Origin: a virus
Reading direction: 5' to 3' (one strand)
Length of the DNA stretch: 64,000 bases
IMG/VR virus record: IMGVR_UViG_3300037516_001127
Span: 33,544-97,543 of that record
This document shows positions 37,809 to 47,675 of this stretch, piece after piece. Position 1 is the first letter of the stretch. Each line of letters opens with the position of its first letter. Made by a program: the position numbers and the translations under genes. The notes beneath the pieces were generated by a model, which had not been told where the DNA came from, did not search any database, and was given only the letters and a program-made list of their open reading frames with translations.

Positions 37809-39896
37809 CTACAGTATTGTAGAGTCCAATGAATTGATTGCACGGTCTAAAGCCATACGATGTTCTTCGGATTTGATTTCAAAAGTCATCAGATTCCCAA
37901 AATCCGTATCAATGACTACCTCAGACTTATAGTATTCACTGATTGGGTCAATATGCTGTTTGACTTTAAAAACATTCTCTGGTTCGACATGAAGGTACCA
38001 AAGGCCTTTTTCTTCTACCGTTTCAGGGATAGCCAGCGATTTAAGAATCTCATCAATCAAATCAGCGGCAAGACGCAAACGCTTCTCATTACCCCCATTG
38101 ATTGAACGCCCAACTTTCATCTGAAGAACGTTTTGAGGAACTTCAACTTCTCTACCAGTACGACTAGGCCCATCTTCATCTTCCTCATCAATCATTACGA
38201 CGACAGGCTGACCGCCGATACCGCCACGGCCCTGATTGCGCCCCTCGCAATTCTCACACCCACACGACTTAGACCAACGATCCCACTCATCATCATCAAT
38301 ATCCGACTCTTCACCGTCATCACCATCGCTATCAGCCCAATTGTCCTTATCGGACACATAGCGCATAAAATCTTCTTCTTCATTAATAAACTGGCCCATG
38401 ACTTTCATGGCGTATTCCATGTCTTCGTCAGTGATAACGTCTTCTTCGTCATCACGCTCAACAGCACCAAAATTGTCAGGAGTGCCTTCAGGGCTAGCAG
38501 AATAAAGATCCTTGCCATCAGGCTTATTATCGAAACGAGCGTTGAACTTATCATCAGAAATGATGCTGCCATTCACCACGCCACGCAATTTGCGGCGACA
38601 ATTTTTCATGCCAGGATGATGACAACCCTCGTTCGGCCAAAGACCCGTAGTCTCATGATGCAACCACGCGCACAAAGGCTTCAAAGGATACAACTCAGGG
38701 TGATCAGCAAGTATTGCTAGACAACGCGTAAACCCGCCCGGTTTACGCATAATTGGACGCCAATACCGCAAAAGCCGCTCAAGCCCGCCACGACGCGGAC
38801 CATAACCACGAAGAACATCTCCAGTGATCCGTTCCTGAGGAATAGCATCAGGCGGAGCAGCCTTTTCAGACAGCGGAAAGTCCGTACTGCCAGAACCGTA
38901 AGTAACACGAACAGCCTTAAACCCAAGCTCGTAACTAGGCTTAGTCGGCAACACTGACATTTTGTATCCAGCAGTTATATGAGGCTGAAAAGTATCTTCA
39001 GCGTCCATTGTGTCTGGACCTGTTTCATCATCAATCATACGAGAGAGACGATCTCGCTTAGAGGCCAGACCAGGAATGTTCATATAGTAAACAGACCTAT
39101 CATCAGGGCCCATAATCCCGACACCGCTACAAGAACCTTTCATGTGGTCGCCACCACAACTTTTAGTCCAGATATCAACCATTCCGTATACTTTGTCTCG
39201 GTCAGCCATTGCCCAGTTTTCAGAGCTGCCAAGCTTCTTGAGAGTCATGGTCAGATCTTCTTCAGGCTTGCCGCCTTCGACTGCCATATACCGAGCGGTC
39301 TTTTCGTCTGGAACCAACGAGATGTAAGCTTTACCCATTTCAGGAATCGGGCTAGTCATGTCGTCTGACTTAATTGACAGGGTTCCGACAAGCTGATTAG
39401 CGCCATGCAAAACTGGTGAAACTTCGTAAAGTTCAAGCTCTTTTAGAAGATTTGCTTGGTATCGTGGATCGAAATCATTCTTAAGCGTCTTATACCCGAT
39501 TGACCACTCTTGTTCTTCGCCGAAGAAAACTACGTTCGAGAAGGCTTCACGGCCACGCTCGCTCTTAAGGTTAAATTGCACTCGGGCATAGAGTCCGCCA
39601 ACTCCAGCATTTTTCATCTTGGCTGAGAGTCGCGAATCGCCAGGACTTACTTCGAAGATTTCTAATACCTTGCCGATTGGCTCATTCCAGTTATGACCCC
39701 AGACAACTCTAGGCTTACGCCTTCTCAGAGATGCTTCAAAGGCCCCAGGGACGATAATATCATTTACTGAATCCTTATTACCGATCGCAGCAACAAAACA
39801 CTCTACGATGCCTTGTGCTTCGTCGATGTTGACAGGGTTAGTTGTCGCTTTGAATTCAACGTCTTGGGGGACCTGGGTTAGGGTCTGCATAGCCAC
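37809..39896 (-). CDS. HK97-family prohead protease with fused 2H-phosphoesterase-like and further domains
   Basis: GNKDSVNDII, VVWGH..PIGK, EWSIGY, LYEVSPVLHGAN; then LTMTL...FQPHITAGY; ERLLRYW...CAWLHH. Confidence 0.9.
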   Translation of the reverse strand: MAMQTLTQVPQDVEFKATTNPVNIDEAQGIVECFVAAIGNKDSVNDIIVPGAFEASLRRRKPRVVWGHNWNEPIGKVLEIFEVSPGDSRLSAKMKNAGVGGLYARVQFNLKSERGREAFSNVVFFGEEQEWSIGYKTLKNDFDPRYQANLLKELELYEVSPVLHGANQLVGTLSIKSDDMTSPIPEMGKAYISLVPDEKTARYMAVEGGKPEEDLTMTLKKLGSSENWAMADRDKVYGMVDIWTKSCGGDHMKGSCSGVGIMGPDDRSVYYMNIPGLASKRDRLSRMIDDETGPDTMDAEDTFQPHITAGYKMSVLPTKPSYELGFKAVRVTYGSGSTDFPLSEKAAPPDAIPQERITGDVLRGYGPRRGGLERLLRYWRPIMRKPGGFTRCLAILADHPELYPLKPLCAWLHHETTGLWPNEGCHHPGMKNCRRKLRGVVNGSIISDDKFNARFDNKPDGKDLYSASPEGTPDNFGAVERDDEEDVITDEDMEYAMKVMGQFINEEEDFMRYVSDKDNWADSDGDDGEESDIDDDEWDRWSKSCGCENCEGRNQGRGGIGGQPVVVMIDEEDEDGPSRTGREVEVPQNVLQMKVGRSINGGNEKRLRLAADLIDEILKSLAIPETVEEKGLWYLHVEPENVFKVKQHIDPISEYYKSEVVIDTDFGNLMTFEIKSEEHRMALDRAINSLDSTIL

Positions 39897-39944
39897 CTCG
39901 TGTAGTCGACTTGTTCATCATAGATGATAACTACTCAGCGTAGG

Positions 39945-39986
39945 AGCACATTGATGTCAATTCGAAATAATTGATGTCAATGTGCT
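39945..39986. repeat. Inverted repeat between portal and protease genes
   Basis: AGCACATTGATGTCAATT-cgaaat-AATTGATGTCAATGTGCT. Confidence 0.8.
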
Positions 39987-39993
39987 ATTGGTA

Positions 39994-42327
39994 CTATTTT
40001 CCAGGCGTAAACCGAAGCTTGCATCTACAATTGATAGTCAAAGCGGCTGGAGCCAGAGGATCTCCAGGGAATCGGATTTTCACACCACCAACATTAAAAG
40101 CATCACCAATGCTCACAACATCATTATCCAATTCCCGATGCGCAGGGCGAACACTCTCATCACTCTTTGAAACCCAAACCTTACGACCAGGGGAACCTGA
40201 CTTGAGCGCAGACAAGAAAACCCCGGCATTAATAGCAGTCTGAGCTTCCGTCTCAGCAATAACCTTACGCCGAGAGCCCATAAGATCCGCAAAAACCGCA
40301 GCAAGGCCAACCTTTAGAGTACCTAAGCGATCTTCGCTTTCCTTCATAGCCTTAACCGTGATGATGACGCCTTCAATAGCTTTCTTGGTATTCGAATTCA
40401 CAAGAAGGATACGTTCCATCTGCTGATCTAAAAGCTCTTTAACTTCTGCAAGTTTAGGCAAAGCCTTTGTGTCAACACCAGAAAGTTCAGAACCATCAGA
40501 AAGAATCGCAGAGAGTAGCGGCTGCACGTCTTCAAGCAACTGCTTATTCCAAATATCTAGATCAAATATTTGATCAATTGACATTGAATTAGCACCTAAA
40601 GATCTCCTGGATTTAGCACCCAAAGCCTTTTCGGTAACAACTCTTTCTTGCCTGTCAAAAAATCTTTCCAAATTCTGACTTAGAATCTCCGTCCAACGAT
40701 CAGAAACCTGAGCAGCCTTAGCATTCCAGTCATCATGTTCCTCACCACTCAAAGAATCTTCAGAAATTTCAACTTCAAGTGTTTTGGATTCAGAATCTTC
40801 AAGTGCGGCTTTTCTTGACAACACCGTCTTCGGAGCCGGAGCTTCTAGATCTACACCACCCCCACCGGCTTCGGTATCAAAACCAGTACCGGGCTGTTCA
40901 GGTAGTTCAGTGGCAGCAATTTGAGATGCAAGCTCTTCAGGCGTAGGAGCAGGAGGAACCTCTGGGGCACCGGGAACTGGTGCCCCAGGCACGGGGGCAC
41001 CCGGTACAGGAGCGCCAGGAGCGCCCGGAGCGCCCGGAGCGCCAGGAGCACCAAGAGGCGCAGGAGCCTCATAAGGCTTCTCCGTATTACCGATAGGCGT
41101 CAAGTTTGGATTAGCTAACAGGGAATCCGCAAGATCAGAATCAACCTTCTTACGACCGGTACCTTCACGATACTCGTTAAAACTAATAGCCCCATTAGTA
41201 AGCTCTTCCTTCAAAAACCGATCTTTTTCCTGCTTCACAGCAATCATCGTCGGAAGCTGAGCAGTATCAAAATCCACATAATGAAGATCATCAAGCTCAT
41301 CCATAGCGCGAGCCATAATCTCAAGATGCGGCTGCATCGTTTCAATCCAGAAAACACGGACCTCTTCAGCAGCGTTAGAAAAAGTTCGCCCAGAAGCATT
41401 ACCGATAACAGACTCAGGCACACCAAAGGCAGCTAAAATCTCTTCTTTTGTGATCTGACGCATCTCCTGATAAGAAGCATCACGAGGGCTTGAACCAGTA
41501 TCAACGTAATCAACGCCATCGGCAGAAGAAATAACCGACGTCCCACCCACCTTATTCAGGTTGCCACGAAAACGTGAACGGAGTTCGTCCTTGTCATCAT
41601 CATCCATGTCCGACTTGACAACAAGCAAGCCACCAGGACGACCATCGTTTAGCAAAAAGTTACGGTTGTAAACCTTTGCAAGATTCTCAATCTCAATAGC
41701 CATACCCGCAGACTCCATGGGAGTCATTGACAGATAAGGGTTAAGAGGATGCGGTCTACGCATCCAAACAACCTTATCCGGAGACAAAATCTTCGGACCC
41801 TGACCCGGCAACGCAACCTCATAACCTTCAACAAACTTCTTAGCTGACGGAATTGGAGAAGTATAATCAGGAGGCAATAACTGAAGAGCAATAACATCCC
41901 CAGCCCGACTACGAATAATCTCAATAAAAACACCCCGACTGCTCATCAACATCTGGGCAGAAAGCCGGTAACGGAAAACAAAACTGTTTTCCCCTTCATT
42001 CGACTTCGTATTAAGAATCGACAACAAAGGGTGATCGCCCCTTCGGACAATTTCCCCTTCAGGAGAATTACCTTTACGCAGCATTACAGGTAAACGGGCC
42101 TGGTTTCCAGAAATGGCATCAATGCACCTAAAAACCCAGGTGGCCTTCTGCATGCCCTCGCGATGAGCCTTTTGGATATCCCACGCATCACGGTAACCAC
42201 GGCCCACATAGCCCTGCATTGTGGAAACCGGAGCACCCACACCAATTCCAGCCTTAGATTCTGGAACGGAATTCAATTCACCAGTAGGAATCTCAATAGA
42301 TTTCGATGAAGTACGATTCCACCCCAT
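39994..42327 (-). CDS. Portal protein (HK97-type) fused to a MuF/SPP1-gp7-like domain
   Basis: Start re-called at ATG 42327; VFRCIDAIS, NDGRPGG, EEILAAFGVP, TFSNA; C-terminal KVWVSKSDESVRPAH...FPGDP...INCRC. Confidence 0.92.
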   Translation of the reverse strand: MGWNRTSSKSIEIPTGELNSVPESKAGIGVGAPVSTMQGYVGRGYRDAWDIQKAHREGMQKATWVFRCIDAISGNQARLPVMLRKGNSPEGEIVRRGDHPLLSILNTKSNEGENSFVFRYRLSAQMLMSSRGVFIEIIRSRAGDVIALQLLPPDYTSPIPSAKKFVEGYEVALPGQGPKILSPDKVVWMRRPHPLNPYLSMTPMESAGMAIEIENLAKVYNRNFLLNDGRPGGLLVVKSDMDDDDKDELRSRFRGNLNKVGGTSVISSADGVDYVDTGSSPRDASYQEMRQITKEEILAAFGVPESVIGNASGRTFSNAAEEVRVFWIETMQPHLEIMARAMDELDDLHYVDFDTAQLPTMIAVKQEKDRFLKEELTNGAISFNEYREGTGRKKVDSDLADSLLANPNLTPIGNTEKPYEAPAPLGAPGAPGAPGAPGAPVPGAPVPGAPVPGAPEVPPAPTPEELASQIAATELPEQPGTGFDTEAGGGGVDLEAPAPKTVLSRKAALEDSESKTLEVEISEDSLSGEEHDDWNAKAAQVSDRWTEILSQNLERFFDRQERVVTEKALGAKSRRSLGANSMSIDQIFDLDIWNKQLLEDVQPLLSAILSDGSELSGVDTKALPKLAEVKELLDQQMERILLVNSNTKKAIEGVIITVKAMKESEDRLGTLKVGLAAVFADLMGSRRKVIAETEAQTAINAGVFLSALKSGSPGRKVWVSKSDESVRPAHRELDNDVVSIGDAFNVGGVKIRFPGDPLAPAALTINCRCKLRFTPGK

Positions 42328-42328
42328 A

Positions 42329-42550
42329 CTACTCACTCCCCAACAGGTAGCCATACAGACCAGAAACTAAACCGAAAGTTACAAATCCTGCAGGAAAGTA
42401 AATCAGCCCAGCTCCTAGCGATGTAAAAATAACAAAAAAAAGCATGAAAATGTAAGCAACCATTTCTCGTGGTTCCAAATCCGAATCTCGAAAAATCAAC
42501 TTTTTGTTGACCTTAGAAACTTTATCGTCTTTATCGTCTTCACCTGGCAC
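42329..42550 (-). CDS. Small two-TM membrane protein preceding portal
   Basis: Hydrophobic hairpin; ends 1 nt before the portal ATG. Confidence 0.65.
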   Translation of the reverse strand: MPGEDDKDDKVSKVNKKLIFRDSDLEPREMVAYIFMLFFVIFTSLGAGLIYFPAGFVTFGLVSGLYGYLLGSE

Positions 42551-42610
42551 GCATACACCTTACATTGACAATAGGTTTAATAATGATAACTTAACAAGTC
42601 TACTCGCACT

Positions 42611-43945
42611 ATGGAGCATATCAAGATGTCAGCACCCGATAAAGTCGACTGGAACAAAGTCCTAGATTACCTAGAACCTAAGCCGCCATTATACTCTCCA
42701 GAAGAAGCATCGCTAACCCAAAAGGTATTTTTACGGACATACGCCAGAGAAGCCCTCTTCGGAGGGGCAGCAGGAGGGGGAAAGTCTTCAGCTCTGCTAA
42801 TGGCAGCCCTACAATACGTTGACGTACCAAACTATTCGGCTATCCTCTTCCGCCGCACTTACGCAGACCTTGCGCTCCCTGGAGCGCTAATGGACCGTTT
42901 CAGGGACTGGACCGCTGGGGTTGACGATGTCCACTGGAATTCAAACAGCTATGTGGCAACATTTCCTTCGGGCGCACGAATCAGTTTCGGATACCTAAAT
43001 AACAAAGATGACTACCTTCGATACAAAGGTGCCGAGTTCCAGTTTATCGGCATGGACGAAGTCACTGAAATTCGAGAAGTTGACTACAGGTACATGTTCT
43101 CGCGTCTAAGACGACCCAATACCGGACCCCTTAGCAAGGTCCCACTCAGAATGAGGTGTGCGACGAACCCTGCCCCTAATTGGGTTAGGCAACGTTTCAT
43201 AGTTGAAGGTAAAAGCAAAGACCGCATATTTGTCCCTTCCCTACTAACAGACAACCCTGGCGTGGATCATGACTCGTATAGGGCGATGCTTTCAGAACTT
43301 GATCCGGTTACTAGGGCTCAACTGGAAATGGGCGACTGGTGGGTTACCTCATTGGGTTCGATGTTCCAAAGAGAAAACTTTGAAGTCATAGAACGAAGCG
43401 ACCTACCAATGTTCACACGAGATACAAGGGTTGTGCGTTTCTGGGACCTTGCAGCAACAAAACCCTCAAATTCAAACCCTGACCCCGATTATTCTGTTGG
43501 AACTCTCATGGCGTTCGATCAGGGTAGGGCATATGTCCTAGATGTAATCAGATTCAGAGATAGGGCTGAAGTTGTTGAACAGAAAATTGCGAATACGGCA
43601 TATGCTGATGGTCCAGAAGTCTCAATTAGGATAGAGCAAGAACCAGGATCATCAGGAAAAGGCTATATCGATCATTTCGCCAGAAACGTTGTATCTGGGT
43701 ACGACTTTTCCGGAGAACGCCCAACGGGCGATAAGATAACCAGGGCTCGTCCTTTTGCCGCAGCAGCAGCGAATGGTAACGTGCGGCTTGTTAGCGGCCC
43801 GTGGATCAGCGACTGGCTAGACGAACTATCTTCCTTTCCGGAAGCATCTCCTCACGACGATCAGCTCGACTCTTCTGTCGGCGCATTTTCATTCCTCACA
43901 GGACTGGGTGGACAAATGCGTCGGAAAGCTGCTATCATTATCTGA
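42611..43945 (+). CDS. Terminase large subunit
   Basis: GGAAGGGKS Walker A, FIGMDE Walker B, ATNP, RFWDLAA, HDDQLD. Confidence 0.95.
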   Translation: MEHIKMSAPDKVDWNKVLDYLEPKPPLYSPEEASLTQKVFLRTYAREALFGGAAGGGKSSALLMAALQYVDVPNYSAILFRRTYADLALPGALMDRFRDWTAGVDDVHWNSNSYVATFPSGARISFGYLNNKDDYLRYKGAEFQFIGMDEVTEIREVDYRYMFSRLRRPNTGPLSKVPLRMRCATNPAPNWVRQRFIVEGKSKDRIFVPSLLTDNPGVDHDSYRAMLSELDPVTRAQLEMGDWWVTSLGSMFQRENFEVIERSDLPMFTRDTRVVRFWDLAATKPSNSNPDPDYSVGTLMAFDQGRAYVLDVIRFRDRAEVVEQKIANTAYADGPEVSIRIEQEPGSSGKGYIDHFARNVVSGYDFSGERPTGDKITRARPFAAAAANGNVRLVSGPWISDWLDELSSFPEASPHDDQLDSSVGAFSFLTGLGGQMRRKAAIII

Positions 43946-43969
43946 TCTACTAAAGAATGGTTACCTATT

Positions 43970-44527
43970 ATGCCTAACGAAGACCTAGACATCCCTCTAA
44001 ACTCATACCTAAAACCAGATCAGATGGAATCTGAACCAGATTTTGTTTACCAGCTAAGAGACAGGCTAAGCCTTTTCGATGCTGACGTAGCAAGGTTTTT
44101 GGAAGATGCACCAGAGATACCAGAAATGATTGAAGCAGCCACAGCTATTGCTTTAATCGTAGATGACGCTAAAACCATTTACGAAACACTCCTGGCGCAC
44201 CTCAAAGACAAAATGCTTGAAGAGGGAACCGAAGAAGCCGTAGCCACAAACGGGCAACAAGTTGAAATATCTTTCTCTAAAACCCGTCGGGCATGGCAAC
44301 ACCGAGAACTGGCATCAATCGTAGCTGGAAGAATTTTCCAATCTGCGACAGACCCAGACACCGGGGAAATACTTTTATCCACCCAAGAAATGATTGAGTC
44401 AATGCTTGACTACGTTCAGCCAAGCGGTTGGAAAATTAAAGCACTTGAAGGTATTGGTCTCAATGCCGACAAATACTGTGACGCTGGAGACTCCAGCAGC
44501 AGAATCTATATCAGAAAGGCAAAATGA
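43970..44527 (+). CDS. Hypothetical protein in the recombination cluster
   Basis: ORF coupled (ATGA) to the Sak gene. Confidence 0.7.
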   Translation: MPNEDLDIPLNSYLKPDQMESEPDFVYQLRDRLSLFDADVARFLEDAPEIPEMIEAATAIALIVDDAKTIYETLLAHLKDKMLEEGTEEAVATNGQQVEISFSKTRRAWQHRELASIVAGRIFQSATDPDTGEILLSTQEMIESMLDYVQPSGWKIKALEGIGLNADKYCDAGDSSSRIYIRKAK

Positions 44528-45240
44528 TGTCTACAAACGAACAAGTATCAGACCTAGTAGTAGCAGAGACAGTACGGAGCGAACTAGCAAAGGATTTTCC
44601 CGACCAGTCGCTACGTCAGCTTGTAAAGCAAGGAACATCTCTAACATATGTTCCGATTGCCGAAGTGATCAACCGAATGAACCGTGTTGTTGGTATCAAC
44701 AACTGGAGTACGGAGATTGTCAAAGTTGAACGAGATGCCCTAAACCCGGAATGGGTTATTGCCTGGGTTCGAGTAAATATCCGCATCGGCGATCGGGTTG
44801 TTTCCAAGGATGGTGTTGGCGGACAACAAGTCAAGATGAAACGAGACAAATCTGGGCCAGTTGACCTAGGCGACGAGTTCAAGGGCGCTGTTAGCGATGC
44901 CACAAAGAAAGCTATTCAACAACTAGGCGTTGCCCTCTACCTTGCTCGCGATGAACAATCCGCAGCACTAGACGAAACAGAATACGCTTCAGATTTACAT
45001 AAGAAGCGTGACGAGATGTGGAAAATGTTCGAAGAGCACGCTTCCGTAATGACCGATGACGAAAAGGTCCAAGTCAAAACATGGTGGCAAGATACTTACA
45101 AAAATGCGGAAGGTGATCCACGCCCAATGAAACGCACAGAAGTTTCGTTAGAGGAAGCTGAAGCGCTACTTGTTCACGTTGCGGCAGTACGGCTTGACGC
45201 ACAACTTACGGAACTTCCAAACCCTGTAGAAAGCGAATGA
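44524..45240 (+). CDS. Rad52/Sak-like single-strand annealing protein
   Basis: LTYV..VINRMNRVVG..W; KGAVSDATKKA..LGVALYL. Confidence 0.85.
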   Translation: MMSTNEQVSDLVVAETVRSELAKDFPDQSLRQLVKQGTSLTYVPIAEVINRMNRVVGINNWSTEIVKVERDALNPEWVIAWVRVNIRIGDRVVSKDGVGGQQVKMKRDKSGPVDLGDEFKGAVSDATKKAIQQLGVALYLARDEQSAALDETEYASDLHKKRDEMWKMFEEHASVMTDDEKVQVKTWWQDTYKNAEGDPRPMKRTEVSLEEAEALLVHVAAVRLDAQLTELPNPVESE

Positions 45241-46022
45241 GCCTTCAAGAGGTGGTGGCAGGGAGCACCCTGCCACCATACCTATCCCCAAGCTCAATCG
45301 CCACCTTCAGACAATGTCCCTTGCTATATAAACTGACGCGCATTGACGGGTTGTCTGATGGTGAAACAACAGACATGCTGCGAGGGACATTCGTTCATGA
45401 GGTTCTAGAGAACCTGTTTATGCTTGAACCCGAATATCGCACCCCAGAACAATCAAAAGTAATAATGCGTGACCTCTGGGAAAAGCAATGGAACGAAAAA
45501 ATGGGAACCCATTTCGGTGACGACCCTAAAGCTATACGCCAATTCCGGTGGGAATCCTGGTGGAGAATGGAAAACTACTTCTCCATTGAAGACCCAACTT
45601 CAGTATTCCCAGAAGGCTTAGAAACAGCCATAAACGGAAAAGTCGGAGGAGTTCTCGTCAGAGGATTCATTGACCGCTGGAGCAAAGAAAACGGTCGCCT
45701 AGTCGTAACAGATTACAAAACAGGCAAGACGCCACAAGCAAGATTCAGAAGTGACAAGTTTACCCAATTAATGATTTATGCTGACTTTTTAGCAGAGCAA
45801 GAATCTTGCGAAATTGAACGAGTCGAGCTTCTTTTCCTAAAAGATGGCGGTCGCATAACGAGTCCTGCAAACGAAACTCAAATAAAAAAAATGCGAGAAG
45901 TCGTTCAAGAAACACGAGTAGGTATTGACTTGCGTTTTGAGTCCGCTAATTTTGAACCCAAGACATCAAAACTCTGCGACTGGTGTAATTTCAAAAATGA
46001 ATGTCCTGCATACAAAAAATAA
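45237..46022 (+). CDS. PD-(D/E)XK RecB/Cas4-like exonuclease
   Basis: SPSSI..QCP, GTFVH, RGFIDR, DYKTG, QLMIY, CDWC..CP. Confidence 0.9.
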   Translation: MSLQEVVAGSTLPPYLSPSSIATFRQCPLLYKLTRIDGLSDGETTDMLRGTFVHEVLENLFMLEPEYRTPEQSKVIMRDLWEKQWNEKMGTHFGDDPKAIRQFRWESWWRMENYFSIEDPTSVFPEGLETAINGKVGGVLVRGFIDRWSKENGRLVVTDYKTGKTPQARFRSDKFTQLMIYADFLAEQESCEIERVELLFLKDGGRITSPANETQIKKMREVVQETRVGIDLRFESANFEPKTSKLCDWCNFKNECPAYKK

Positions 46023-46041
46023 ACTATTTTAAGGAAATTAA

Positions 46042-46545
46042 ATGAATGATGATGTTTTTGCCCGTTTAGTGGCAGAAGAAGTTAAGAACCGTATCAGCTC
46101 AGATCAGCTAGACACTTTGATGCTTCCTGAGAACTGGGGCCGCTGGGAAAGAGCTTTGATCGCTTTAACCCATAACCTGGATCAGCAGCTAACAGATATT
46201 ACTAACCAGGAAAACAAAGCCAAAGAAACATACGGTGACTCTGGTGCCGAAGGGCTCAGGGTTCTAGCCGAGCTCTACGACAGTAACGAAATCCGTAGAC
46301 GCAAAATTGGGCGGTTCCTTTTCCATGTTGAATCACGGTTGAATGAAGTTGCCCGACGTATCGCTGTTGGAGGTTCTGATGACGACAGCGAAGGATCTGT
46401 TGCAGACTTCTTACGCAAAGCAATAGAACGACATCAGGAACTTATTAATGGTGACGAAAACATTGATGATGAACTGATCGACGAAGCCCTCTGGTCCGCT
46501 CTTGATGGGTATTGGAAGTTTCCAAGCACCTCAGCGTTGCCATGA
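46042..46545 (+). CDS. Hypothetical coiled-coil protein
   Basis: AAGGA RBS, clean ORF. Confidence 0.7.
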   Translation: MNDDVFARLVAEEVKNRISSDQLDTLMLPENWGRWERALIALTHNLDQQLTDITNQENKAKETYGDSGAEGLRVLAELYDSNEIRRRKIGRFLFHVESRLNEVARRIAVGGSDDDSEGSVADFLRKAIERHQELINGDENIDDELIDEALWSALDGYWKFPSTSALP

Positions 46546-47609
46546 AAGTAGCATTCGCCTCCTCTGACTGGTCAGGAAGCGTTTTTGATAGCACGGGCCA
46601 CCCTGTTTGGGGAGGTGCCGGATGGATCAGGCTAGGACAATACGTTAATAACCTCGAAGCGGAAGTAGTTTGTGGTGTCCTGGCTCACCAGAACGGTATT
46701 TTTGGTGTAAGAGATTGGGATCACCAATTTCATTGGGATTGCGACGTTATCGTGATGCAGCGGGTAATGTTTGAGGATATTCCCGACAAGATGGACGAAG
46801 CTAAAGCCTCAGGCCAGATCATCATAAATGACCTTGATGACTGGTACTGGGGTCTTAGCCCGCTCAATGGCGCATTCAAAGCTTCTCATCCTAAATACAA
46901 CAAGGTAGAGAACATAAACCATTACAGAAATGTGATGGCACGATCAAGCCTCGTCACTACCTCGACACCTTACCTAAAGCAGCGTCTTGGTCAATGGGTA
47001 AATTGTCCCATCATCGAATTACCGAACTGCGTGGAAGTAAAACGATTCATACGCCATGAGGACTCCGGTAGTGAGGTTCCTCTGGTCGGTTGGGTCGGGT
47101 CAACCTCGCACAGGTCGGGGGACCTTGAAATACTCAGGGGGATTCTTGAACCGCTAGTGAAGCGGGGTAAAATCCGGTTGCATCACTCAGGGCATCATAG
47201 CCAGGCTAAGAGTTTTGCTGAAGGGGTTAGTGTTGACCCCAAATATGTGAGCACTTTGCCGATGGCTTCACCTGAAGACTACCCAGGTTTGTTGTGTTTT
47301 GATATTGGGATTGTCCCACTGTCAGATTTGCCTTTCAATAGGGCTAAATCGGCGATTAAAGGCATTGAGTACGCTTCTGCGGGTATACCGTTCATTGCTT
47401 CCGATTTGGACGCATACAAGGACCTACACACCACTTATGCGTTAGGTAGGCTTGCGTCGAAACCTTCCAAATGGATTCAGCATATTGAAAAGCTTTGTGA
47501 TCCTGAAGTTAGGCAAGCCGAAGGCGAATTAGGGTTAAAAAGTGTTGATAAATGCGATATCCGTTTCGGGGTACGACGGTGGAACGCTCTACTAACTTCA
47601 TTACAGTGA
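46542..47609 (+). CDS. GT-B (family 4-like) glycosyltransferase
   Basis: Start re-called at ATG 46542 (ATGA overlap); DLDD, VGWVGS, FDIGIVPL..FNRAKSAIK.IEY..AGIP. Confidence 0.88.
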   Translation: MKVAFASSDWSGSVFDSTGHPVWGGAGWIRLGQYVNNLEAEVVCGVLAHQNGIFGVRDWDHQFHWDCDVIVMQRVMFEDIPDKMDEAKASGQIIINDLDDWYWGLSPLNGAFKASHPKYNKVENINHYRNVMARSSLVTTSTPYLKQRLGQWVNCPIIELPNCVEVKRFIRHEDSGSEVPLVGWVGSTSHRSGDLEILRGILEPLVKRGKIRLHHSGHHSQAKSFAEGVSVDPKYVSTLPMASPEDYPGLLCFDIGIVPLSDLPFNRAKSAIKGIEYASAGIPFIASDLDAYKDLHTTYALGRLASKPSKWIQHIEKLCDPEVRQAEGELGLKSVDKCDIRFGVRRWNALLTSLQ

Positions 47610-47675
47610 TACCCCAAGCCACAAATAACCGTTCTAAGATGTTCCAATGTCTCAAGAACGAATTTTTGCCGGAAT

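Noticed and set aside
11388-43945. Inteins, introns, stop-codon recoding or a diversity-generating retroelement explaining the large ORFs
   Set aside because: NrdJ, capsid and terminase are of normal length, genes tile densely in the standard code, and no reverse transcriptase or TR/VR pair is seen
45237-46022. CRISPR-associated Cas4
   Set aside because: Paired with a Sak annealase; this is the usual phage recombination exonuclease context
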